46,247 nucleotides of DNA, taken from positions 1 through 46,247 of the IMG/VR virus record IMGVR_UViG_3300020045_005957. One strand, given 5' to 3'. Shown here one piece after another: positions 25,701 through 33,453 of the stretch. Source of the DNA: a virus. Taxonomy: Duplodnaviria > Caudoviricetes. The notes beneath the pieces were generated by a model. The model saw only the letters and a list, made by a program, of their open reading frames with translations, had not been told where the DNA came from and did no database searches. Position 1 is the first letter of the stretch. Each line of letters opens with the position of its first letter. Made by a program: the position numbers and the translations under genes.

Positions 25701-26804
25701 ATGCCTTTAAGCCCTAAAGAGAAAGATCCATACCTCATCGACGGACATAAGATGATGTGGCACGCAGATCGTGTGGCGCAATGGGAGAAAGCCCAAACCA
25801 TTGACGAGAAATTGAAGATTTACCCAATATATGTAGAGATTTCACCAGTTGGTCATTGTAACCATAGATGCAGCTTTTGTGCTGTAGATTACATTGGTTA
25901 TGTCAATCGTCGCATTAGTACACCAATCCTTAATTTAGCATTAGATAACATGGCAGCACATGGTGTTAAGAGTGTGATGTTTGCGGGGGAAGGTGAACCT
26001 ATGCTGCATCCAGACATTGTGCAGATTACAAATCACGCAGCAATGGTTGGGCTAGATGTAGCATTTACAACTAATGGGACGGCACTGACAAGTAAGTTTA
26101 TTGATAAGGCATTGCACAGCGTTAAGTGGATTAAGGTATCTATGAATGGAGGGCCTACAAGTTATGCGAAAATACACCGTACCAAAGAAGGTGACTACGA
26201 AAGAGTATGGGCCAACCTGCTGGCAGCTGTTACACGGCGCGCGCGAGATGGTATTAAGTGCGCTATCGGGGTGCAATGCGTCGTCTTACCCGAGAATATC
26301 CAAGATTTGGATGCTATTATCACAAGAGCTAAAGAAACAGGAGTCGACTACGTCGTTCTTAAGCCATACAGCCAGCACAAAGCCAGCCTCACGAAAGTTT
26401 ACGAAGGAGTTAATTACAAAAGCCAGGAAGCTAGGTTTGAAGAACTTAGAGGCTGGTCTACGGAGAGGTTTAAGGTAATTGCGAGGACACAGGCTATGGA
26501 GGATTGGGATGCCCAGCAACACCACTACACAACATGCCATGCAACGCCATACTACTGGGCTTATATTATGGCTACAGGGGATGTCTATAGTTGTAGCGCT
26601 TACCTACTCAACGATAGCTTTAATTTGGGATCTATTACGAGCCAATCATTTACAGAGATCTGGGAAGGTGAAAAGAGACGCAAGCACATAATTGATATGG
26701 AGAGCTTGGACATTAGCAAGTGCAGGGTGAACTGTCGAATGAATCAGGTTAACAAGTACTTAGATACCATCAAGAGAGGAAATGCCCATGCCAATTTTAT
26801 CTAA
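25701..26804 (+). CDS. Radical SAM enzyme with SPASM/twitch domain (rSAM1)
   Basis: CNHRCSFC, AGEGEP, TTNG; C..PY...GDVYSC..LG.I..EIW...C..NC. Confidence 0.93.
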   Translation: MPLSPKEKDPYLIDGHKMMWHADRVAQWEKAQTIDEKLKIYPIYVEISPVGHCNHRCSFCAVDYIGYVNRRISTPILNLALDNMAAHGVKSVMFAGEGEPMLHPDIVQITNHAAMVGLDVAFTTNGTALTSKFIDKALHSVKWIKVSMNGGPTSYAKIHRTKEGDYERVWANLLAAVTRRARDGIKCAIGVQCVVLPENIQDLDAIITRAKETGVDYVVLKPYSQHKASLTKVYEGVNYKSQEARFEELRGWSTERFKVIARTQAMEDWDAQQHHYTTCHATPYYWAYIMATGDVYSCSAYLLNDSFNLGSITSQSFTEIWEGEKRRKHIIDMESLDISKCRVNCRMNQVNKYLDTIKRGNAHANFI

Positions 26805-27060
26805 GTCAGCTAAGCAATTACTTAAGCATGTGAAGAAAGCTAGTCAAGCTAATGGATTCTTATTTGCTAAGCCTAAATTGGATTTAGGAACAAAGGCTGC
26901 AAATGATTTCATGCTGGTAAATGTGTTAAAGGCAAAAGATCAAAGTAACAGGACTGGCAGGAAAGCTGTAATAGGGCTTCCTGGAAAAAGGAGAACAAAA
27001 CGTGCTAAGCAAAGAGTTCCTGAAGTGTGTACGTGCATACAGGAAGTCCAAGAGAGCTAG
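26788..27060 (+). CDS. Basic hypothetical protein
   Basis: Lys-rich ORF with GAGG RBS between rSAM1 and rSAM2. Confidence 0.45.
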   Translation: MPILSKSAKQLLKHVKKASQANGFLFAKPKLDLGTKAANDFMLVNVLKAKDQSNRTGRKAVIGLPGKRRTKRAKQRVPEVCTCIQEVQES

Positions 27061-27187
27061 ATTCAAGAAGGCACTTCACAAAGCGATGCAAGATGATAGC
27101 AGGTTTTCAACAAGCAGGGGAACTCTTCAGAAACGACGCGGGGTAAGGTCGGGGAGGAATATCGGTGTCAGCAAGCTCAATAGCTAA
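27002..27187 (+). CDS. Basic hypothetical protein
   Basis: 61 aa, GTG start with AAGGAG RBS; Arg/Lys-rich. Confidence 0.5.
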   Translation: MLSKEFLKCVRAYRKSKRARFKKALHKAMQDDSRFSTSRGTLQKRRGVRSGRNIGVSKLNS

Positions 27188-28304
27188 AGAACATATGGCG
27201 ATGATCCTGGATGGGACAAAAATAAACTTTTACATGGATCGAGTGAGGGCGTGGGAGAGGGGTGAGAGGATAGCACCAGTAACGATCGATCTGGCCTTGA
27301 CTCGCTCCTGCCAATATTCCTGCCAATACTGTTATGCGACGATGCAAGAGAATGAACGGTTTAAGATAACTAAGGAGGTAATGAGTGGGTTCTTGGATGA
27401 TGCAGCTGAAATTGGTGTTAAAGGAGTATCTTTGGTTAGCGACGGGGAGTCTACTCTTAATCCTGCCTATGAGCATACTATTGTTTACGGGGCTAGTAAA
27501 GGGCTTAGTATGGCATCAGGTACTAATGCTTATCTTCTGCGGGATGAGTCTATGCTTCGGCGCATTTTGCCTTGCCTTACATATTTGCGTGTCAACATTA
27601 CCGCCGGAGAGCCTGCACGATATAAAGAAATAATGGGGGTAAAGGATGGGTACTTTGAGCAAGTCTGCGCAAACATTAAGCTCATGGCAAAGATTAAAAA
27701 AGAGATGTCGCTTAACGTCACAATTGGATTACAAATGGTATTGCTCCCTTCCTACATCGACCAGATTATTCCTTTGTGCCGTCTCGGGAGAGAACTTGGA
27801 GCGGACTATCTCGTTATTAAGCACTGCAGTGACGACGAGTCAGGAACTTTAGGGGTAAATTATGACCAATACAAAGATGAGCTTCTGCGGGCTACCCTTA
27901 GAGAGGCGGAAGGGTATAGTAACGATAATTACGTGGTACGTGCCAAGTGGAGCAAGATACAGGATGGTAATATTAGATCGTATAAGTCCTGCTACGGGGC
28001 ACCTTTCTTACTCCAAATCAGCGGGTCAGGCCTCGTTGCTCCGTGTGGAATGCTATTCGGTGAAAAGTATAAAAGGTACCATATCGGAAATATCACCAAA
28101 ACTAGGTTTAAGGAAATCTGGAAGAGTGAGAGATATTGGGAAGTGATGGGGGTGTTAGGTAGTGACAAGTTTGATGCGCAGAAGATGTGTGGGTCCCTCT
28201 GCCTGCAGCATAGCGTTAATAAGGCATTGGACAACCACAAGAAGGGAATTGCGCCGATTGTGCCTGGGGTGGGGGAGCTTCCTGCGCACGGAAGTTTTAT
28301 TTGA
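27165..28304 (+). CDS. Radical SAM enzyme with SPASM/twitch domain (rSAM2, paralog of rSAM1)
   Basis: CQYSCQYC, SDGES, GTNA; CYGAPF...GLVAPC..IGNI..EIW..C.SLC; ends HGSFI. Confidence 0.93.
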   Translation: MSASSIAKEHMAMILDGTKINFYMDRVRAWERGERIAPVTIDLALTRSCQYSCQYCYATMQENERFKITKEVMSGFLDDAAEIGVKGVSLVSDGESTLNPAYEHTIVYGASKGLSMASGTNAYLLRDESMLRRILPCLTYLRVNITAGEPARYKEIMGVKDGYFEQVCANIKLMAKIKKEMSLNVTIGLQMVLLPSYIDQIIPLCRLGRELGADYLVIKHCSDDESGTLGVNYDQYKDELLRATLREAEGYSNDNYVVRAKWSKIQDGNIRSYKSCYGAPFLLQISGSGLVAPCGMLFGEKYKRYHIGNITKTRFKEIWKSERYWEVMGVLGSDKFDAQKMCGSLCLQHSVNKALDNHKKGIAPIVPGVGELPAHGSFI

Positions 28305-28362
28305 AATGTCTCTATTGACACAATTCGTCTATGGAGACCAGAGCAGGATTAAAGGAGTTCGT

Positions 28363-28440
28363 ATGTTATCAGCAATAGTTGGAATTGGGCTTGGTGTACT
28401 TATCATAGGATGGTTACTAGAATGGAAGATAGACCCATAG
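28363..28440 (+). CDS. 25-aa single-TM microprotein
   Basis: MLSAIVGIGLGVLIIGWLLEWKIDP, AAGGAG RBS. Confidence 0.5.
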   Translation: MLSAIVGIGLGVLIIGWLLEWKIDP

Positions 28441-29360
28441 AACTTCCTAAAGGAACTAATTACATAGCAGCATTTCTATCATTTGCTTGCCAGCTAAGAT
28501 GTCCGTATTGCATTAACCACCATGGGGGTGACCTTGTTAAGAACCGGCGCATGACTGGTGTGCAATGGATAGATGGCTTGAGTAGAATTTCTGCGACGGA
28601 AGATCTGCCTATAACCCTGCAAGGTGGGGAGCCTACAGTGCATAAGGACTTCTACCAGATAGCGAGGCATAAGCCATTCTGGGGTAAGATGGATTTGTTG
28701 ACCAATGGGATGATGGATCTCGATGAATGGATAGCTAAGGTAGATGTGGAAGCGTTCAGAAGGAAGGCGCCTTATGCAAGTATTAGGGTAAGCTATCATA
28801 TAGGTCAAAACGATAAAGAGGTAATTGAAAGGGTACGGGTATTATTGGGTGCAGGGTATCAGGTAGGCATATGGGCAGTAGACCATCCAGACCACACTAA
28901 GCAAATTAAGGAAGCACAACTGTATGCGTGGAGTAAGGGAATAGATTTTAGGCTTAAGGAGTTCTTAGGTCCACATGGAGGGCATGAATATGGAACATTT
29001 AGGTATCCCAATGCGGTTAATGCTCACAAGCTACGATATTGCGAGTGCAGAACAAGCGAAGTGCTTATTGCCCCAGATGGGCAGATCTACAGGTGTCACA
29101 GCGACCTTTACGCAAGTAGGCTTCCTATTGGGAATATCGCTGCTGCTTCTAACCCTTTGCTTGGTAAGTGGGTGCCCTGCGCAGTCTACGGGAGATGTAA
29201 TTCCTGCGATATAAAGGTAAAAAACGACAGACATCAGGTACATGGTCACAGCTCAGTTACAATTCGCAATATTAGCCCAGAATACGCCCATAATAATGAC
29301 TTCCAAGAGCAGGTGACGAACACCTACGGTAAGGCAGACGCCCCGGCCAAGAGCGTCTGA
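28410..29360 (+). CDS. Radical SAM enzyme with twitch/SPASM domain (rSAM3)
   Basis: CQLRCPYC, QGGEP, LTNG, VSYH; C..RT..LIAPDG.IYRCH...C....C..CD. Confidence 0.92.
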   Translation: MVTRMEDRPIELPKGTNYIAAFLSFACQLRCPYCINHHGGDLVKNRRMTGVQWIDGLSRISATEDLPITLQGGEPTVHKDFYQIARHKPFWGKMDLLTNGMMDLDEWIAKVDVEAFRRKAPYASIRVSYHIGQNDKEVIERVRVLLGAGYQVGIWAVDHPDHTKQIKEAQLYAWSKGIDFRLKEFLGPHGGHEYGTFRYPNAVNAHKLRYCECRTSEVLIAPDGQIYRCHSDLYASRLPIGNIAAASNPLLGKWVPCAVYGRCNSCDIKVKNDRHQVHGHSSVTIRNISPEYAHNNDFQEQVTNTYGKADAPAKSV

Positions 29361-29378
29361 ACTGGCTAAAATGGTGTG

Positions 29379-29439
29379 ATTATCAATTCTCAACAGTTCC
29401 TTAATAGAGAGTTATAAGGGGAATTTGAGAATTGAGAAT
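29379..29439. promoter_or_regulatory. Inverted pair of tandem TGA(G/T)AAT heptads upstream of the helicase gene
   Basis: ATTATCAATTCTCA (29379-29392) ... TGAGAATTGAGAAT (29426-29439). Confidence 0.65.
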
Positions 29440-29441
29440 GG

Positions 29442-30488
29442 ATGGACATGAACCTAGAAGAGATTTATGCAGATGGAGAGTATGGAGTATTTTCAAGAGC
29501 TAAGTTGTGGGAACGTGCTCCTGCTAAGACGTACATCATAGAGCATTTGTTGTATGATAGGGATGTTATGTGTATAAGCAGTAAAGCTGGGGTGGGTAAA
29601 AGCGTCCTTACCCTGCAGATGATGTGTTGTTTGACAAGTGGGACTAACTTCTTAGATACGTATAAGGTGTATAGGCCATGTAATGTATTGTATATACAAA
29701 CTGAAGGGGATAGGGCAGAGACCTTAGAGCGGTTGACCGCGATGCGAAAGATGGTGCCTCTTGATGACTCCAGGTGGGCGCATATAAACCTGCCTGGAAT
29801 AGCAATCAATGATCCTAAGGAGTTCCAGCAATTAGTAGCTGCGGTGCGGAACTTGGGAATGCCGATCGATGTGATAATCATAGACCCCCTTTATACGACT
29901 GTTAAGGGTGATATGAGCAAGAATGAGGTATCAACAGACTGGATACGTAATATAAGGTGGCTTAAGGCGTTTTGTGATTGTGCGGTTATTGTGAATAATC
30001 ATGAGGGAAAGGATGTTTATAATGAGGGGGTAGCAATAGATAGGGGAGCGGTTAGTATATTTGGGAGTACATTTTGGGCAGCATTCTTCAATCAGAATTA
30101 CAGGCTTAAGGTATATGATGGACATCACTTGCTAGAGATAGGAAAGAATAGGTCTGGTAAGGCAGTTGACAAGATTGCCATGCGCATGGTGACAGATGGC
30201 ACGCTGGCTTACATCCCCCACGACGAGACAGCGACGGTGAAGCAAATTAAGGTGGAAACTATATTAAGGGAAGGGCGCCCGGTGGGTGCGAAGGAGTTAG
30301 TTAAGCTGTCGGGTTTAAGCCAAGCAACGGTGTATCGTGTAATTAGGAAGTTGGAAGATGAGGGAAAAATAGAAAGGGTGTTTCTCGACGGGGGAATAGG
30401 ATATCAATGGGTATGTCAGGGCGCTGATATTTCTCTTGACAAAGCTGTAGAAGATGATAGAATACTTGAACCTGAACAGGAGACGTGA
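29442..30488 (+). CDS. RecA-fold AAA_25/RepA-type helicase with C-terminal winged HTH
   Basis: SKAGVGKS Walker A, VLYIQTE, IIIDPL Walker B, NHEGK, GS; C-terminal LSQATVYR HTH; no primase domain. Confidence 0.85.
   Translation: MDMNLEEIYADGEYGVFSRAKLWERAPAKTYIIEHLLYDRDVMCISSKAGVGKSVLTLQMMCCLTSGTNFLDTYKVYRPCNVLYIQTEGDRAETLERLTAMRKMVPLDDSRWAHINLPGIAINDPKEFQQLVAAVRNLGMPIDVIIIDPLYTTVKGDMSKNEVSTDWIRNIRWLKAFCDCAVIVNNHEGKDVYNEGVAIDRGAVSIFGSTFWAAFFNQNYRLKVYDGHHLLEIGKNRSGKAVDKIAMRMVTDGTLAYIPHDETATVKQIKVETILREGRPVGAKELVKLSGLSQATVYRVIRKLEDEGKIERVFLDGGIGYQWVCQGADISLDKAVEDDRILEPEQET
30436..30463 (+). promoter_or_regulatory. sigma70-type promoter for the ThDP-enzyme operon
   Basis: TTGACA-16 nt-TAGAAT with TGn extension, inside the helicase 3' end. 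Confidence 0.55.
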
Positions 30489-30901
30489 TGCCCAAAAAAC
30501 GCCCAGCAGAACCACAGGTTTACAATGTAGGAGATTTGATAGATAGGCTTAGCATCTTAAGTCGCAAGATTTATTTTGGTGAAGAGATTGCTATAAGTGA
30601 GCACCGCTATCTGGAGAAGTTGATTGAGGAGGCAGGGTTGCCGGGGAAGCTTATAACTAACGTGATAAGGCTTGCTCAACAAAACATCGAGATATGGAAC
30701 CTAGAGCATGAGATGCGTAAAGTAGCAGAAGGTCCTGGGGCTATGTCATACGAAGAGGTGGGGCGTAGGGCTGTTAAGATTAGAGACCACAACAGAAAAA
30801 GGATTGAGTACAAGAATATGATAAATGATCTTGTTGGCAATAACTTTCGAGAAACTAAAATCAACCATTTATCGGGTGGGATTGCATGTCGAAATCATTG
30901 A
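30485..30901 (+). CDS. DUF6165/DUF4254-like all-alpha protein
   Basis: VGDLIDRLSIL..K...NIEIWNLE..R...N..R...KN.IN...E.K pattern. Confidence 0.65.
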   Translation: MMPKKRPAEPQVYNVGDLIDRLSILSRKIYFGEEIAISEHRYLEKLIEEAGLPGKLITNVIRLAQQNIEIWNLEHEMRKVAEGPGAMSYEEVGRRAVKIRDHNRKRIEYKNMINDLVGNNFRETKINHLSGGIACRNH

Positions 30902-31575
30902 CCAAAGAAGACTTGATAGCATTTGTCGACGAGGAAGTGAAGCTTTGGGAAGCTGGTAAACTTAAGATCCCCTGCCACTTCTCCGGCGGTAATGAAGATC
31001 AGTTAATCGAGATCTTTAAGGAGATAAGACCATATGACTACGTTTTCAGCGGGCATCGCAATTCTTATCATGCTTTGCTTCACGGTGTGGGCGCAGATGT
31101 ACTTATGGATGAAATATGTGGTATTTCGACTGCTCTATGCAAAGGACGTGCGCGTTCAATGGGATTTATTGACCATCGTCACAAGTTTTATGCTTCAGCT
31201 ATTGTTGGTGGTTGTGTCAATATTGCTGTGGGGGTGGCTGTAGCATTGAAGCGCTCTAATGCGGATGAGCTTCGCATTGATGAGATGGCAACACCACCAA
31301 GGCATGTTTGGTGCTTTGTAGGTGATGGAGCGGTTGATGGAGGACACTTTTGGGAGGCATTGCAGTATGCTGAAGGGCAAGAGCTTCCTATCACATTTGT
31401 GATAGAAGACAATGATCGTGCAACCTGCACTGATGTTGATAGCAGAGAAGGCAAGAAACATAGGATGCGCACTGGGTTATTAACACAGAGTGCTTGGGGA
31501 AGTAAGTACATTAAGCATTACTTTTATGAACCAACTTTCCCGCATGTTGGTACTGGGAAATATATCCAATTCTAA
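30886..31575 (+). CDS. ThDP-dependent enzyme, E1-alpha-like subunit (C-terminally short)
   Basis: HFSGGNE, GHR.SYH, GR..SM, AIVGG, GDG-x26-DN ThDP/Mg motif. Confidence 0.9.
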   Translation: MSKSLTKEDLIAFVDEEVKLWEAGKLKIPCHFSGGNEDQLIEIFKEIRPYDYVFSGHRNSYHALLHGVGADVLMDEICGISTALCKGRARSMGFIDHRHKFYASAIVGGCVNIAVGVAVALKRSNADELRIDEMATPPRHVWCFVGDGAVDGGHFWEALQYAEGQELPITFVIEDNDRATCTDVDSREGKKHRMRTGLLTQSAWGSKYIKHYFYEPTFPHVGTGKYIQF

Positions 31576-31584
31576 GGAGGGTCT

Positions 31585-32016
31585 ATGCTAGTATATATAC
31601 TATTTGGAGTGGTTGTTGTCTCGTCATACATGCTTGGTGGGCAGTTTGGGTCTGCTTGGCGTAAGTACGGTTGCCTAGCTGCAGTGATAGGGCTTGTGCT
31701 CTACGCATGGAAGCTAAAGTATCTACCCCTGCTTCTCATCTGTGGTACGGTGTTCATGGGTTATGGTGAGAAGAGTTGGATGGCTAAAAGGTTAGGGTTT
31801 GGAGATAATGCGCAGAGGTTAGCTATGGCTGCTATGTATGGATTGCCACTTATACTATCGAACTTTCTACCAGGGTTACTCGGGTACATGGTGTTAACGC
31901 TTGTGTGGATGGTGCATGCAGGAAGCTTTAAGATAGGTAAGAAGGACTTTTTGTTGGAAGATTTGTACCGAGGTGGTGCATTAGCACTTGGTGTATTAGG
32001 AGTTGTGATTGCATGA
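31585..32016 (+). CDS. Multi-pass membrane protein
   Basis: 143 aa with several hydrophobic helices; GGAGG RBS; sits between the two ThDP subunits. Confidence 0.8.
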   Translation: MLVYILFGVVVVSSYMLGGQFGSAWRKYGCLAAVIGLVLYAWKLKYLPLLLICGTVFMGYGEKSWMAKRLGFGDNAQRLAMAAMYGLPLILSNFLPGLLGYMVLTLVWMVHAGSFKIGKKDFLLEDLYRGGALALGVLGVVIA

Positions 32017-32558
32017 CATACAGCCAAGCAATAAAGGAGCAATGTGAAGCTTATGCAAAGAACCCAGCTGCAAGGTTTATCGGCTATAATACGATTTTTG
32101 GCTCTCGTATGTACGGCACCCTTGATGGTGTGGATGTGCAGCAGTGTGTGGAGACTCCTGTGGCTGAAAACCTCATGGTTGGATTGGCAATGGGTATGGC
32201 TCTTGAAGGGTATCGCCCTGTTGTTTGCTTCGAGCGTCATGATTTTATACTGCTTGCTATGGACGCCATTGTTAATCAGATGGACAAGATGCCGTGGATG
32301 AGTGGAGGACAGTTTAGGTGGCCAATAGTCATCAGGGCAATTGTGGGAGGTAAGAAGCCAATAGACCCAGGCCCGATGCATAGCCAAGACTATACGCATG
32401 AGTTGTGCACTATGCTAAAGCACACTGAGGTGTATAGGCCGATCAGCCACACCGAGCTGGTGCAGGCGTGGACTAGGGTAGGAGAGACCAAATCAGGAGC
32501 AGTAGTAATCATCGAGAAGAAGGATTGGTATAATAAGGAGTTGCCCGACAAGATTTAG
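32013..32558 (+). CDS. ThDP-dependent enzyme, E1-beta/transketolase pyrimidine-binding domain only
   Basis: ETPVAEN..G.A.GMAL.G.RPV...DF...A.D.I.N, GPMHSQ; lacks the C-terminal domain. Confidence 0.9.
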   Translation: MTYSQAIKEQCEAYAKNPAARFIGYNTIFGSRMYGTLDGVDVQQCVETPVAENLMVGLAMGMALEGYRPVVCFERHDFILLAMDAIVNQMDKMPWMSGGQFRWPIVIRAIVGGKKPIDPGPMHSQDYTHELCTMLKHTEVYRPISHTELVQAWTRVGETKSGAVVIIEKKDWYNKELPDKI

Positions 32559-32660
32559 CCCAAGAGAAACCCGCCGAAAATCTACGGGGCGAGCAGGGTC
32601 AAGTCCATCCGACCCGGGCACCTATGTTGACGATGCTCGCTATGCCAACTAGGCGGGCCT
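32558..32660 (+). ncRNA. Structured intergenic RNA with pseudoknot potential
   Basis: GCCC/GGGC, CCCG/CGGG, GGGTC/GACCC, CCTA-GTTG/CAAC-TAGG; GCGAGCA (32589) complementary to loop TGCTCGC (32634). Confidence 0.5.
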
Positions 32661-32678
32661 AATGTTGTAAGGAGTGGT

Positions 32679-32879
32679 ATGCTAAAGAGGTTTGCGTGGT
32701 TTAAGGATAGGAAGGTGGCAGCAGATTGGGCACTAGAGCAAGTGCAGTTCTTTGAGCAAGGAGCACGGTTTCACATTGATGAGATGCCAAGGATAGGTAA
32801 GAAGAGCTTAGGCTTTCGAGTGTCAATAGAAGGGCTTATACTGCCATCTAATATTAATAGATGGAGGGTGGCATGGTAA
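32679..32879 (+). CDS. Hypothetical protein
   Basis: 66 aa, AAGGAG RBS. Confidence 0.65.
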   Translation: MLKRFAWFKDRKVAADWALEQVQFFEQGARFHIDEMPRIGKKSLGFRVSIEGLILPSNINRWRVAW

Positions 32880-33193
32880 AAGGAGTGGATGTTATGAAGA
32901 CAGTTAAGAAGGTTGTAGCGGTAGAAGTAACACCAAATTCAGTGTGTGAGGAGCATAGGATTGTAGGATGTAGGAAATGTTGGCCAGTGGAAGAAGTTGT
33001 AAAAGCAGTGGAGGCGATTGTAGCAGCACCCCCTGTTGATGCAAATAACTTAGTTGCGTGTGTGTGGCTTATGTATAAGCTTGACATCATTACACGAATA
33101 CAGGTTAGGGACTTCCTGAACTTGATTAAGGAGGGGAAGTGGCCAGTGGACATACTGAAATACCTGCAGGAGGAAGTAAAGAAAATTGGATGA
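32873..33193 (+). CDS. Hypothetical protein with CxxH-x4-CxxC motif
   Basis: GGAGG RBS before ATG 32873; CEEHRIVGCRKC. Confidence 0.6.
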   Translation: MVKGVDVMKTVKKVVAVEVTPNSVCEEHRIVGCRKCWPVEEVVKAVEAIVAAPPVDANNLVACVWLMYKLDIITRIQVRDFLNLIKEGKWPVDILKYLQEEVKKIG

Positions 33194-33311
33194 TTTAGCA
33201 GCAAGACTGGAGAAGCTGAGAGATCGTCGGTACCCCAGTAAAAGGAAGCAAGCCCAAAGAAGGAAAATTACTAATGGCCCAAGAGATGGAAAAACACGCA
33301 AACGAACTTAA
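33186..33311 (+). CDS. 41-aa basic microprotein (TTG start)
   Basis: Translated by hand: LDDLAARLEKLRDRRYPSKRK...; fills the operon gap. Confidence 0.4.
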   Translation: MDDLAARLEKLRDRRYPSKRKQAQRRKITNGPRDGKTRKRT

Positions 33312-33453
33312 GAGTGCTGTAGATGAGTTAGTGTTACTGCTAGAACGCTATGGATGTCCAGTCAGCAAGAGCGAGTCTATAGCTATTGGTATTATCTGCG
33401 AGCAGGGTTATGTGTTAATAAAGAGAGAAGAAAGAGAGCCAAGAAATGCCTAA
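33274..33453 (+). CDS. 59-aa hypothetical protein
   Basis: MAQEMEKHANELKSAVDELV..., AAGGA RBS, overlaps the next start. Confidence 0.5.
   Translation: MAQEMEKHANELKSAVDELVLLLERYGCPVSKSESIAIGIICEQGYVLIKREEREPRNA

Noticed and set aside
28410-29360. rSAM3 as QueE of a 7-deazaguanine DNA modification pathway
   Set aside because: No folE, queC, queD or dpdA-like genes, and it carries a C-terminal twitch/SPASM Cys set that QueE lacks
30886-32558. Pyruvate dehydrogenase auxiliary metabolic genes (pdhA/pdhB)
   Set aside because: Both subunits are truncated, the beta C-terminal domain is missing and no E2/E3 is present; biosynthetic context fits better
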